NCBI GenBank assembly: GCA_964482955.1
Contig: CAYZZW010000007.1
Coordinates: forward strand, 5,315 to 69,314
Source: an uncultured Treponemataceae bacterium
GTDB lineage: Bacteria > Spirochaetota > Spirochaetia > Treponematales > UBA12059
Direction of reading: 5' to 3'
DNA: 64,000 bases
Position numbers and translations under genes: made by a program. Shown here piece by piece: positions 18,031-29,500 of this stretch (the stretch's first letter is position 1; each line of letters opens with the position of its first letter). The notes under the pieces are model-generated. The model was not told the DNA's origin. It saw only the letters and a list, made by a program, of their open reading frames with translations, and did no database searches.

Positions 18031-18634
18031 TACCCCGTCGCCCGATGACGAACCGAATGCGACCGCCGGCTGTGCTTCGGCTTTTTGTCTTCTAGCTGAC
18101 CGCATTCCCCTGCGGCGCAAAGCACCGATCCGCCGCCCGCATTGCAGCCCTCTGACCGTCGTGCGGCGCGACCAGGGACATCCGGCACCCGATGACGAAC
18201 AGAATGTGACCGCCTGGTTGGATTCGCCTAGTCGGTCCTTAACCGAAAAAAGTCTTCCTCAATTCATTGACCTGGCTGCCGTTGTGCGGCCTTACTAGGG
18301 AAAGGTGGTGAAAGTTCATCAGATGGTATGCGACGGGTCGGGTGGCGTAAAAAAAGCATGGTGTCGTGAGGTACTCCGAATGATACCATGCTTTTTTTAG
18401 CGACAGGACCCGACCTATACGGTCTATACGAAATCGCCGCACCTTTCTGTGTGGCTTCATCGACGACTCCAGTTCCCCAATCGTGGAACGCGTCGTTGTT
18501 TTGCGAGTACTCTCGCCTATTCGTCGCGGGTACTTGTATGCCCCAGCCCCCGGTTAATCCGGTTCAACTTAAGTTCGCCGCGCCTTCCCGAATCGCTTCG
18601 ATGACGATCCACGCGCTCCGAAGCGAGCAGCGGT
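18031..18634. repeat. intergenic mosaic repeat cluster (hairpin family)
   Basis: CCGATGACGAAC.GAATGYGACCGCC twice; long hairpin near 18337-18415; half-hairpin 18501-18544; motifs shared with 29820-30360, 51770-52250, 53570-53820, 62020-62420. Confidence 0.8.
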
Positions 18635-20281
18635 TTACTGCTTCTTTTTGCCGTAGAGGAAGCGCCTGATGCTCTGCTTGGGCGTCTTCTCGAACGGCTC
18701 GCGCTGGAGGACGACCTTCGTGATGCGGCTGAAGGCGGCCAGCTTGGCGTTGGCTTCCTTGCGGACGCGCTCGAGGAGGTCGCCCGCGCGGCCTTCGTAG
18801 ATCTTCCACTCGTCCTTGATGGCGTCGCCGAGGACGTCCATGATCTCCGGCTTGAGCTGGACCAGGGCGACGAGCCCGGCCTCGTCCTGGTAGACGACCG
18901 ATTCGAGCACGAGTTCGTGCTGGTTCAAGACGGCTTCCACTTCCTCCGGGTAGATGTTCTCGCCGGAGGCGCCGAGTATCAGGCTCTTGAGGCGGCCGCG
19001 GATGAAGAGCCGCCCCTTGTCGTCGATGGTCCCGAGGTCGCCCGTGCGGAACCAGCCGTCTTCCGTGAAGGCTTCGCGCGTCAGGGCGTCTTCCTTCCAG
19101 TAGCCGCGCATGACGTTGGGACCGCGGACCTGGATTTCGCCTTCGCCCGTGTCCGGCTTCGGGTCGGCGATGCGGATGTCGACGCCGCGCATGGCGGGGC
19201 CGGTCGATCTGGGAAAGGTCTTGAAGGGCGCGGAACCGGCGACCATGGGCGAGGTCTCGGTGAGACCGTAGCCGATGGCGTAGGGAAACTTGATCCGGGC
19301 CAGGAAGGCTTCGACGTCGGGAGCCAGCGGAGCCCCGCCCACGCCGAAAAACCTGAGGCGGCCGCCGAACACCTTCGCGAGCTTGATGCCGGCGATGCGC
19401 TCGAGGATGCCGCGGAAGAGCGGAGAGGCGTACAGCTTCATCGCCTCGAGCTTGGGGAGCACGGACGACCTGATGATCTTCTCGATGACGAGGGGTACGG
19501 ACAGCATGATGGTGGGCCGCACCTTCGCCAGGGCCGGGAGCAGGGCCGACGCCGAGGGCGGCCGGTCCAGGTAGCAGACGCGGGCGCCCTGCAGGATCAT
19601 GAGGACGAGGCCGAGCGTGCATTCGTAGGTGTGTGCCAGGGGGAGGATCGAAAGGCAGACGTCGCTCGGCTTGATGACGATGATGCTCCGGTTCGCCCAG
19701 GCGTCCCAGGCGATGTTCCGGTGCGTGAGCATGACGCCCTTCGAAAAGCCGGTGGTGCCGCTCGTGTAGATGATGGCGGCCAGGTCGTCCTCCGAGCGCT
19801 CGGGGAAGAGTTCGGCGGTCTGGGCGCCCGGATCGGCGGCGTCGGCCAGGTCCTCGAGGCGGAGGACCGCGGGCGCCGGCCCGTTCATCGCCTTGAACGC
19901 CTCGCGGAGCTTGGGTTCGAGCTTTTGCGACACGAAGACGGCCTTGGAGCCGGAGTGTTCGAGGATGTTGGCGATCTGCGCGGCGCCGAAATCCACCATG
20001 ATGGGCACGACCGTGAAGCCGGCGGCCGTCGCGCCGAAGTACGCCATGCCCCACTCGGGGCGGTTTTCGGAGAGGATGGCTGCCCGATCGCCCGGTTCGC
20101 CTTCCTTCGCCGGGGACAGACCACCGGTTTTGAGCAGGGACGCCGCCGCGGCGGCCCGGGAGGCGAACTCCGCGTAAGTCCAGGAGCGGCCGTCGATCCA
20201 GGAGATCGCGAGGCCGTCGGAAAAGGCTTCCTTGCTCTGAAGGAGGATGTCGCGGAGCGTGAAGCGTCTGGGTTCGTACAC
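18635..20281 (-). CDS. long-chain-fatty-acid--CoA ligase (AMP-binding)
   Basis: YTSGTTGFSKGVML, GYGLTETSP, WFRTGDLG, GENIYPEEVE; start uncertain (GTG 20281). Confidence 0.9.
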   Translation of the reverse strand: MYEPRRFTLRDILLQSKEAFSDGLAISWIDGRSWTYAEFASRAAAAASLLKTGGLSPAKEGEPGDRAAILSENRPEWGMAYFGATAAGFTVVPIMVDFGAAQIANILEHSGSKAVFVSQKLEPKLREAFKAMNGPAPAVLRLEDLADAADPGAQTAELFPERSEDDLAAIIYTSGTTGFSKGVMLTHRNIAWDAWANRSIIVIKPSDVCLSILPLAHTYECTLGLVLMILQGARVCYLDRPPSASALLPALAKVRPTIMLSVPLVIEKIIRSSVLPKLEAMKLYASPLFRGILERIAGIKLAKVFGGRLRFFGVGGAPLAPDVEAFLARIKFPYAIGYGLTETSPMVAGSAPFKTFPRSTGPAMRGVDIRIADPKPDTGEGEIQVRGPNVMRGYWKEDALTREAFTEDGWFRTGDLGTIDDKGRLFIRGRLKSLILGASGENIYPEEVEAVLNQHELVLESVVYQDEAGLVALVQLKPEIMDVLGDAIKDEWKIYEGRAGDLLERVRKEANAKLAAFSRITKVVLQREPFEKTPKQSIRRFLYGKKKQ

Positions 20282-20501
20282 GAGGGGCCACCAGGATGTC
20301 GGCGGAACGCCGGGATGGGGTCGGCGCGCGGTAAAGGCGGACCGACGGCGGGAAGCGGACTCCCCGGGTACAAGATACCGAAATCGCGAGCATAGTCGCA
20401 GGTTTTTCCCCGTTTCACAAGCGGGGACCGCTCCGGCGCCCGGTCCGGTGGAAAGCCGTCGGGTTTGAGGTGTATAATGGTAGGAACGAGGAGCCCGCCC
20501 C

Positions 20502-23500
20502 ATGCTTAGAGCGACCCCGACCAGCGAACATCCCCGATCGGCCGGAGCACACGGACGGCGCCTTGCCGTGTCCGGACGGCAGTGCCGGATATCGGCGCTG
20601 CGGCTGGCCGCGCTGGTCGGGATCCTGGCCGCGAGCGGAGCGGCGGCCGGCTGGGGCCAGAGTCCCACCCGCTATCCCAGGCAGCCGAGCGGTTTCGTCG
20701 AACTGACCGCGACAACCCAAAGCTGGCTCGGCAACGCCAATACCACCGGTTCGGGCGACCTGGATCGGGTGAACGTCATCTTTTTCGAGATACCCTCGTC
20801 GGTGACCTCGGACCTGTACTTCGCGGTCAAGGATCCGGGCGCCAACGGCACCATCTTCCCCGACTACAACAATTTCGCCTCCGGCGATCCCTCCACCACC
20901 TTCACGCTCATCGGCGGCCAGTACGCGTTGACCGGTTCGACCGCGCGCGAACGGCTGTACGCCACGACGAGCCAGGCGTACCAGGGCGATACGCTCGGTT
21001 CCATCTCGAGGACCAACGAAGTCGACGCGGGCGACGGCTGGGTGTATTTCGGCGGGGTCAATCCGGCGCTCGGCGAGCTCGTCGGCAACAAGCGCTATTT
21101 CAAGATCGTCGTAGAGGTCGGCAGCACGGCGGGATCCATCTACAAGAACGGCTACCAGGTCGACGTGTCGTATTCGGGGTCCGGCGTCCCGACCGGCGTC
21201 GCGGGCGGCTTGAGCTTCACGTACGGCGCGTGCCTCATCCTCCAGGACCGCGCCGCGGCGCCCGGATCCGCGAACTGGATGTTCTATCCGTTCGTTCCGG
21301 ATACGGCGGCGGACGCGAATTACGTCTTCTTCCACAATTACGATTTCGACGATACCGGCCTGAGTCCCAACGTCACCCTGCGCGAGCTCAAGAAGACGCA
21401 GGCGACCCTGGTTCCCGGCGCCGCGGCCGACACGCAGGCGTCTGCGTCCGGGGACAGCGCGACGATCTCGACCGGGATACAGGTCGCGAGCGCGGCCACG
21501 GAGGCGAACGGCACCTGGCGCTACGACATCTATGAAGGCAACGTCTCGATCACGGGCACGAACCTCGCGGAAGTGTGGTTCACGTTCTCGACCGACGGCA
21601 CGGCGAGCGCCGACGACGCGATCGTGCGCGCCTACTCGGGGTATTACGCGCCCGCTCCCGCCGACCACGTCGGCATCTCCCCGGCGTCCCGCACCGTCAT
21701 CACGGGATCGAATGCCGTTTACACCCTCCAGGTTCTCGACGCGTCCGGGAACCCCGTGCCGTACGCGCGCGCTGTCACCGTTACCGTGACGGCGCCGGCC
21801 ACCATCAACGCCACCGGTCTCCAGTCGACGGTCGTCAACACCGATTCGAACGGCTATGCGTCCTTTTACGTGACGAGCGGGTCGCCGACCGTGGCGCTCG
21901 ACATCACCCTCGCGACGGCCTGGGGGACCGGAACCGACGGCCAGGCGACCGTGCAGTTCGTCGACGACCCCGCCCCGACCATCGCCATGGCGAGCCACCT
22001 CACCTATACCGAGGGTGGCGGCGATACGCTGATCCCGACCATCACCATCGCGGACTCGGGACCGCTCCCGGGAAGCATCGATGAGTCTAAGGACATCCGA
22101 ATACGCTTTTCCTCGAGTCTCACCGCCGCGTTCGTCACGCCTCCGGCTCCCGTGTATGGCGGAACCGCGGGTGCGGTCCAATCCACGATCATGGAGGGCT
22201 CCACGCTGCTGATACAACTGAGCCCAGGTTACGTGATGGGCGATCTCACCACCATCGGCAACCTCTTCATCAGTTCCGTCGGGGACGCGCCGTCCTCGGG
22301 GCGGCTCGAGATGTCGGTGAACGGAGCGGGCGGGCCGTGGATCCCGTGCGACAAGCTCATCACCATACTTGATCCCAATCCGCCGTACATCTGGACCGGC
22401 GCCAATTCGAGTTCGTGGAGCGATACCCTCAATTGGAACCCGAACGGCGATCCCAACTCGACGACGGCGAACGTCGTCATCCCCGTCGCGGCGAGCGGCA
22501 GGTATCCGGTGCTGGCCGCGAACAGGACCGTCAAGAACATCACGATCTATTCCGGGGCGCCCTCGCTCACCCTGGGGAACTTCAACCTGACGATCGCCGC
22601 GGGCGGCAGCCTCCAGAACGCCGGCACCATCGTCCTGAACGGCACGGGCCGTCCGAGCGTCGGTGACGCCGATTCGGGTACCGTACGCTACACGTCGGCC
22701 GCGGGCGGGTCCGTCGCCGATTTCGGAACGGCTGATTATTACGACCTCGAGCTCTCGCCGGCCGCCGCCGCGACGTTCACCGTCGGGAATCCGCTCACGG
22801 TGGCCAACAACCTGACCGTAGGCGCGAACGCGACGCTCGAGCTCGCGTCGAACGGCCTGTCGGTCGACGGCGTCGTATCGAACGCCGGAGTCGTACGGCT
22901 GACCGGCGTCGCGGCGCAGACGATCGCGCTCGCGAACGGCAACGATACCGATACGGGCACCTGGAACTATACGGAAGCGGCAGCGGCCGTTTCCATCCGC
23001 GATTTTTCGGGGGCCACCGATTACTGCAACCTGACCGTGAGCGGCGCCTCGGCGCTGTTCGCGACGCCCGGATCCATCGGCCTCGGGGGCAACTACGTCC
23101 AGACCGCCGGCACGGTGACGCTCGCCGGCGATTTGACCGTGGCCGGCACGAAGACCGTATCCTCTGGAACCGTTTTGGACGTGTCGACGCACTCGGTGCT
23201 CGGGACGAACGGCTTCACGAACAACGGCACGGTGCGAATCTCGGGCGGCGGACAGACGATCGCGGGAACCAAGACGAACGGCAATCCTTCGATAGTGGAG
23301 TACTACGGCGCGGGAGCCGGCATGGCCTGGGGAGGCTCGTACCATCACCTGACGCTCGCCGGCTCGGGCACGTTCCCCGCGGGCGGCGCGATCGACGTCA
23401 ACGGGAATCTGGCGCTGACGGGCGGACAGCTTTCCATGACGACCAACGACCTGACGGTGGCCGGTTCGATCACCCGCGGAACGGGGACGATCAACTCGGG

Positions 23501-26500
23501 AGCGGCGGTCATCCTGGACGGCTCGGGCGGGCAGACCGTCGACTTCACCTCGTCGACACTTCTCGACCTCGACGTGCGGACGACGGGTACGGGCGTTTCC
23601 CTCGCCGCGAACGCCGCGATGACGCGGGATCTTTTCGTGAACGCCGCGGGGCGCAGGCTCAACAAATCGACCTTCAATCTCGACGTCGACCGCCATACGA
23701 ACGCAGCGAGCGGCACGCTCGATCTCGGCGGCTCCGGCACGCTCAATGTGGGCGGCAACCTGACGCTCGGCGCGCTCCTCAACGCGGCCGGCTCGACCGT
23801 CATCCTGGACGGCGCGCTGGCGCAGGCTTTGACGCCCAACGGCCAGACCTTCGGCGACGTGCGGATTTTTGGGGCCGACGTAACGATGGCCGGCACGGCG
23901 ACTTTCGGATCGCTGTGGATCGACGCGACGAAGTCGTTCACCCTCGGGGAGGGCGCGGCCACCACGCTGACCACGTCCGGCACGGTCACCGTCGACGGCA
24001 CGCTCCTATTCAATTCGACCGGCAATACGGTCAGACTGGCTCCGGCGGGCGGCACGTCGATCGCGAACAACGGCGTCATCCGGGTGGAAGGCTCGACGAC
24101 CACGGTGGACATCGTGTCGCCTGGCACCGTGACGATGTCCGGCACCCAGCAGATCGACCTGAATGGCTGCGCTTTGTCGCTTTCCGGATTTTCCACCACT
24201 ACCCCGCATACTCTCGAAGCCAACGACATTCTCACAATCGCCGGTCCGGTCACCTTCTCGGGCGGCTTCACGTTGAACGGAGCCTTGAGCCAGCTCAACG
24301 TCGGCGGGAGCACGCTCAACGCGACGGGCGGCCTCACAGTCACGAACGGCACGGCCACCATGGGCGGGGGCACGCTGAATGTCGGAACCGCAGCACTTAC
24401 CGTGGACGGTGGCATCCTCACGTTCTCCGCGATACCGGTATCGGTTTCCTGCGGGGCGCTCGATCTGACCTTGGGCAGCGTCAATAACGACGCGGTCAAT
24501 ACGATCTCCGTCTCGGGCGATGTCGAAGTCGCGTGCGCGTTCAATACCCCGGCGAATTCCACGATTAACATGATGGGCGCCGGCACGACCATCAACGCTT
24601 CGTCGACGATCGGTAGCCTGAACGTGTCGGGAGCCACCGCCACCGTCTCACTCTCGACGAACGACCTGTCGCTCGCCGGCTCGCTCAACGTCGCCGCTGG
24701 CAGGTCGCTCAGCGCGGTCGACGGCGCCGTATCGCGGAACATTTCGCTCGCGGGCGACTGGACGGTATCCGGTACCGGCGCTTTTGACGCGGGAACCGGC
24801 ACGGTGACCTTTACGCTCGGATCCGCGCAGAGCTTGAACGCGGGCGGAGTCGACGCGAACCACGATTTCAACAACCTGACGGTCAACAAGTCGGCGTTAG
24901 CCGTCACGCTCGGCGCCCCGATCGCGGTCGGGGGAAAGCTGACGATTTCAAGCGGCGCGCTCGACGTGTCGGCATCCAATCACCAGATCACCATCAGCGG
25001 CAATTGGGAAAACGCGGTCGGCGACGCGGGCTTCGAGGAGCGCGCGGGAACCGTGTTCTGCGACGGCATTACTCTGATTACCGGTGCCGAACGATTTTAC
25101 GATCTTTCGATCGACGCGGCCGGCGCCGTCGGCGCGGACGGCCTCCTGACCGTGGCGAACGGCTTGTCCTGCCCGGGCAACTTTACGTCAGGGGCCGGCG
25201 GCCTCCTTGTCCTTGGCAACGCGGATTTTACCGACGGCACGCTAAACGGCGCCTCCGCACTTGGAGTGGATCCGCTTCTCGAATTCCGCGGCAACCTGAT
25301 CTTCTCCGGATCGAGCGCCGTCGACACGAACGAGGACGTCATCCTCTTCTCCGGCGGGACGACGCCGCAGACCTTCACGCCGGGCGGCAAGGCTTTCGAC
25401 AAGTTGACCGTGAACAAGACCGCCGGCACCGTCGTCCAGATGAACGACAACGCGTCGGTAGCCATCTTCACCCAGACGAGCGGCAATTTCACGATACTGG
25501 CCGGTCGACGGCTGACCGTCGACGATGTCCTGCCGACTCTGGCCGACATCGCCTTGGGCGCGGGCACCTTCACGGCCACCGGGGAGCTCGACGCGACGGA
25601 CGTCGCATTCGAAGTACCGACCGGCGTCATCGTCGCGGTCGGTACTTCGGCCTTCAGGGTGGGCGCCATGACCGTGTCGGGCGGAACCTTCACGCAAACC
25701 GGAGACAACGCCGCCGTACACAGCGCCGCGTCGCTCGACGTGAGCGCCGGCAGTTGCACGTGGGCGTCGATCACGCCGACCTGCGCGCTCGACATCCCCG
25801 GCGCGATCATCGTGTCGGGGACGGGCTCGCTCGCGTTCGGCCCCAAGACCGTCGCCGCCGGCTCGACGGTCGGCATGACCGCCGGTACGGGTACCCTCAA
25901 CTTGCGCTCTACGACCCTCAACGCCCAAGGCGCGGTCACGGTGAGCGCCGGCACTCTTTTGCTCGGCCCGACGACGGTCACCACGACCGAAGACGACGTG
26001 ACGATCACTCAGGCCGTGGTTCTCGGCACGCTCGCGGCGCACCAGGTCTCCGTCGTCACCGGAAGCACGGTCGCGGGCAACGGCGACATCGCGTTCGGCG
26101 CGGTCGACGGCCCCGGCTACCTCACCGCAAACGCGGGCGCGTCGAGCGTGAGCTTCTCGGGCAACCTCGGCGGCACGACGGCGCTCGCCTCCGTCTCCGC
26201 CACCTCGACGAATCCGGCGGCCAATGCCATCACCATCCGATCCGTCCGCGCCGCCGGCGCGCAGCAGTGGACCGGCAACGTCACGCTCGGCGCCGACGCC
26301 GCGCTCCAGACCAGCGGTACCGCGATCACCTTCACCGGGGCGCTCGATGGCGCTTCCCGCAACCTCACCCTGAACGCGGCGATCGCCGCGGGCGTGGTCG
26401 ACTTCCAGGGCGCCGTGTCCGGCCTCGGCACGGGCACGGGCGCCGCGCTCACCGTCCAGGCCGGCGTCACGGGGCAAGTCCGCTTCCGCTCCACGCTCGG

Positions 26501-29500
26501 CGGCGCCTCCGGCATCGCGGCCGCGGGCGTCCCCTTCCGCTTCGACGACGACGTGACCCTCGCGGACGGAAACGCGTCGACGACGCTCGGCGCCGTGACC
26601 ATGGACGGCCTTTCGTTCTCCTGTTACGACGGCTTCGCGTCTGGCGCGATGACGCTGTCGTCCGCCGACGTGAGCGTCGACTCGAACGGCGGCACCATGA
26701 CGATCGCGTCGGTAGTCGGCGGCTCGCAGAATCTCACGCTGATCTCGGGCGCCGGAACCCTCGGCGTCACGGGGAACATCGCCGCGCTCGGCACGCTCAC
26801 CCTGCAGGAGGATCTGGCTTCGTCCACCGGCACCGTCACGCTTTCCGGATCGGTTTCCGCGGCTGGCATCGTCACCTGGGCCCAGGGCTACGCCGTCACG
26901 ATGACGGGCGGCTGCGCGATCGCCTCCGACGTGATCTTCGCCAACACCGGTGCGCTCTCCCTCGGCGACGCCGACGCGGACACTTTCACGTTCACCGGGG
27001 GGATGACCGCCCGCGATACGTCATCCAACGCGTTCCGGGGAACCATCGCCACGGGGGGCGCCGCGGGACAGAACCTGGCCTTCGATGACGTGACGGTCGG
27101 CGCCGGCGTCGCCGTGGCGGCGACGTGCACGCTGGACGCTGGAGCGGCTGGCACCGTCGTCGTGGACGATACGAGCGGCGGCGGAACGGGAACGCTTTCG
27201 GCCGCCGCGGCCAAGAGGCTGAACGTGACGGCGGCGAGCCTGACGGCAACCGCCGCGAGCATCGCGGGCGCCGGCACCATCGATCTCGGGTCGACGAATT
27301 TCTCCATAGGTACGCTGTCGTCGTCGTCGCCGGATTTCGCCCCGCTCCCCGGATATTTCGATCCAGACCCGATCGGAAACTCGGAATCACTGCTCCGCCT
27401 GACCGGCACCCAGACGACGCACGCCATCGCGACGAACGACGTGGACTCGGGCATCGTCGAATACTACGGAACGGGCGGCACCGTGTTCGCCGCGGGCTTC
27501 CTGAACGGATCGCTCCATTACCACGATCTCCGCATCGCCGGCACGGGCACCTTCGCGCTCGGGGGGGACGTCGCGACGGCGCGCAACGTCGTCATCGACT
27601 CGGGCATCCTGTCGCTCGGGGCGAACACGCTCGACGTGGGCGACGGCTGGTACAACACGACCGCCGGCACGACGGCCCTCGACGCGGGCACGGGCACCGT
27701 GCGCTTCCAGAAGCCTTCGGGTACCGTCTACGTGTACGGCCACAACACCTGGTGCGTCTTCCACTGCACGGTCCCTGGCGTGACCATCCTCTTCGAGAAC
27801 GCGCATGTCCAGCGGATCGTCGCGAGCGGCGTCTTCAGGGTCAGGGGCAGCGCCTGGGGGGCGGGAAGCCAGATCGATCTCAACCGCATCACGGTCTGGC
27901 CCGTCCCGCCCGCCGCTCCCGCCGACGAGCTGGACGACGATTTCTGGTCCTTCGATTTCCTGCCGGGCGCGACCTTCGACATGCGCTACGTCAACGTGTA
28001 TTTCTCGAACGCGATCCTGCACCCCGTCGCCGTGCCGGCCGACGTCAACGCCGTGCCCGCCCCGTATTACTGCTACAAGTGGCTCAACAATATCTATACG
28101 CTCTACAGCTTCACCGAGGATTCGGATTACGACGGCAAGATCGACCGGATCCGCGTCACCTGCGAGACGAGCATCAACGGGGATTTCTCCGATTTCGATG
28201 TCACCGTCGAAGGCTACGAGATCGACCGTACCAAGGCGGGTTCCACCCGCGGCTTCGAGCATGTCGGAGCGGGATACGTGTTCTACATCTGGCTCGTCGA
28301 AAAGACCTGGCAGGATACCGACGCCACGCCCGATTGGCGCATCGCGCGGAATACGACCCTCCGCGGCGGAACCAAGCTCGTGGGTACGCTCCAGCGCGCC
28401 ATCGCCGATCCGCTTTGGAAGTCGCCGGGCGACTGGATGGACCCGGGCGACGGCGCCTGGCCGCGTCTTTCGTACCGGCTCGCGGTTCCCTTGCATAACG
28501 AAGGCTTCGTGGCGTTCTCGGAGCCGATACGCAATTCGGGCGGGAGCTTGCCGTCGGCCGCCGAGTTGGGTTTCACCGCCGGTCCCACGGTGGTGGTCGG
28601 AACGGCCACGGAACTCAAGGAAGCGACCGGAACGATAGCTTCGCCAAGCCTTGCGGATCTCGCCGGGGGCGCGTCCACGTTGAGCCATGACGGCGGTCTG
28701 CGCGATATCGGGCAGGCGCCGGGGTGGGGACCGAATTACGTCAATCTCGTCGGCATCGTCGGCAATCCGACCTGGCCGCTCGATACGGGTTACGGCGATC
28801 CATACGGCTACACGGCATCCGCGACACGTCCCGTTTTCGATGTCCAGCGCGGCGCCGACGCCACGACCCACCGCGTGTCCGACCTGCTCGTCTCGGTCGA
28901 GCCGAGCACCGTCGCCGCATCGTGGAGCGCCCTGAACCCTGCGTCGTACTTCGTATGGCCGGTGTGGGCCAAGGACTCGGCGTACTTCCCGGGCACGTCC
29001 ACCGATTGGGAAACCTACACGCCCGCCGAAGCGGCGAGCCGCACGATCGGCTTCGTGCGCGCCTTCGACGGCAGCCAGTGGCTCCGCGACCAGGACTGGG
29101 TACTGCAGGCGCGCAGGCACGCGTCAGGCGCCGCGTGGACGCCGTCGATCATCTACGACTCGAACGCGCCCGACACATTCAGGAGCGCCGTGCCCGGCAT
29201 CTGGCTCCCCGACTACGCGGAGACGGACTTCGCCGGGCTCGCCGCGTACCCGATGCCGATCCAGCTGGCGCCCGGTTCCTCGAACGCGGGCATCGCCACC
29301 GGTCAGGTCCCGGCGACGACGTCGAGCGGCGATCTCTTCAACTGGAAGTTCTCCGAGTCGGACCCGAAGGTGTTCAGCGTCGCGGAGTTCGAGTTCTGGT
29401 TCCGCCTGGGCGCGCTGACGGACCTCTGCGCCGGCCGTCTCGACGCGCCGTCGGGCTTCGCGGCCATGCCGGCTGACTGGTACCGCCGCGTGCGGCCTTT

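Noticed and set aside
18239-18669. Small ORFs in repeat-rich gaps (also 29890-30457, 51879-52332, 53561-54011)
   Set aside because: They are translations of palindromic repeats with lower GC and no coding signal
20473-20478. TATAAT upstream of the giant gene as a promoter
   Set aside because: No convincing -35 at 16-18 bp spacing; left uncalled
20415-23696. 1093-aa antisense ORF and other long Arg/Ala/Gly-rich ORFs (12973-15912, 39664-42537 part, 25004-27088, 9260-11230)
   Set aside because: Shadow frames of real genes in ~70% GC DNA; no recognisable motifs
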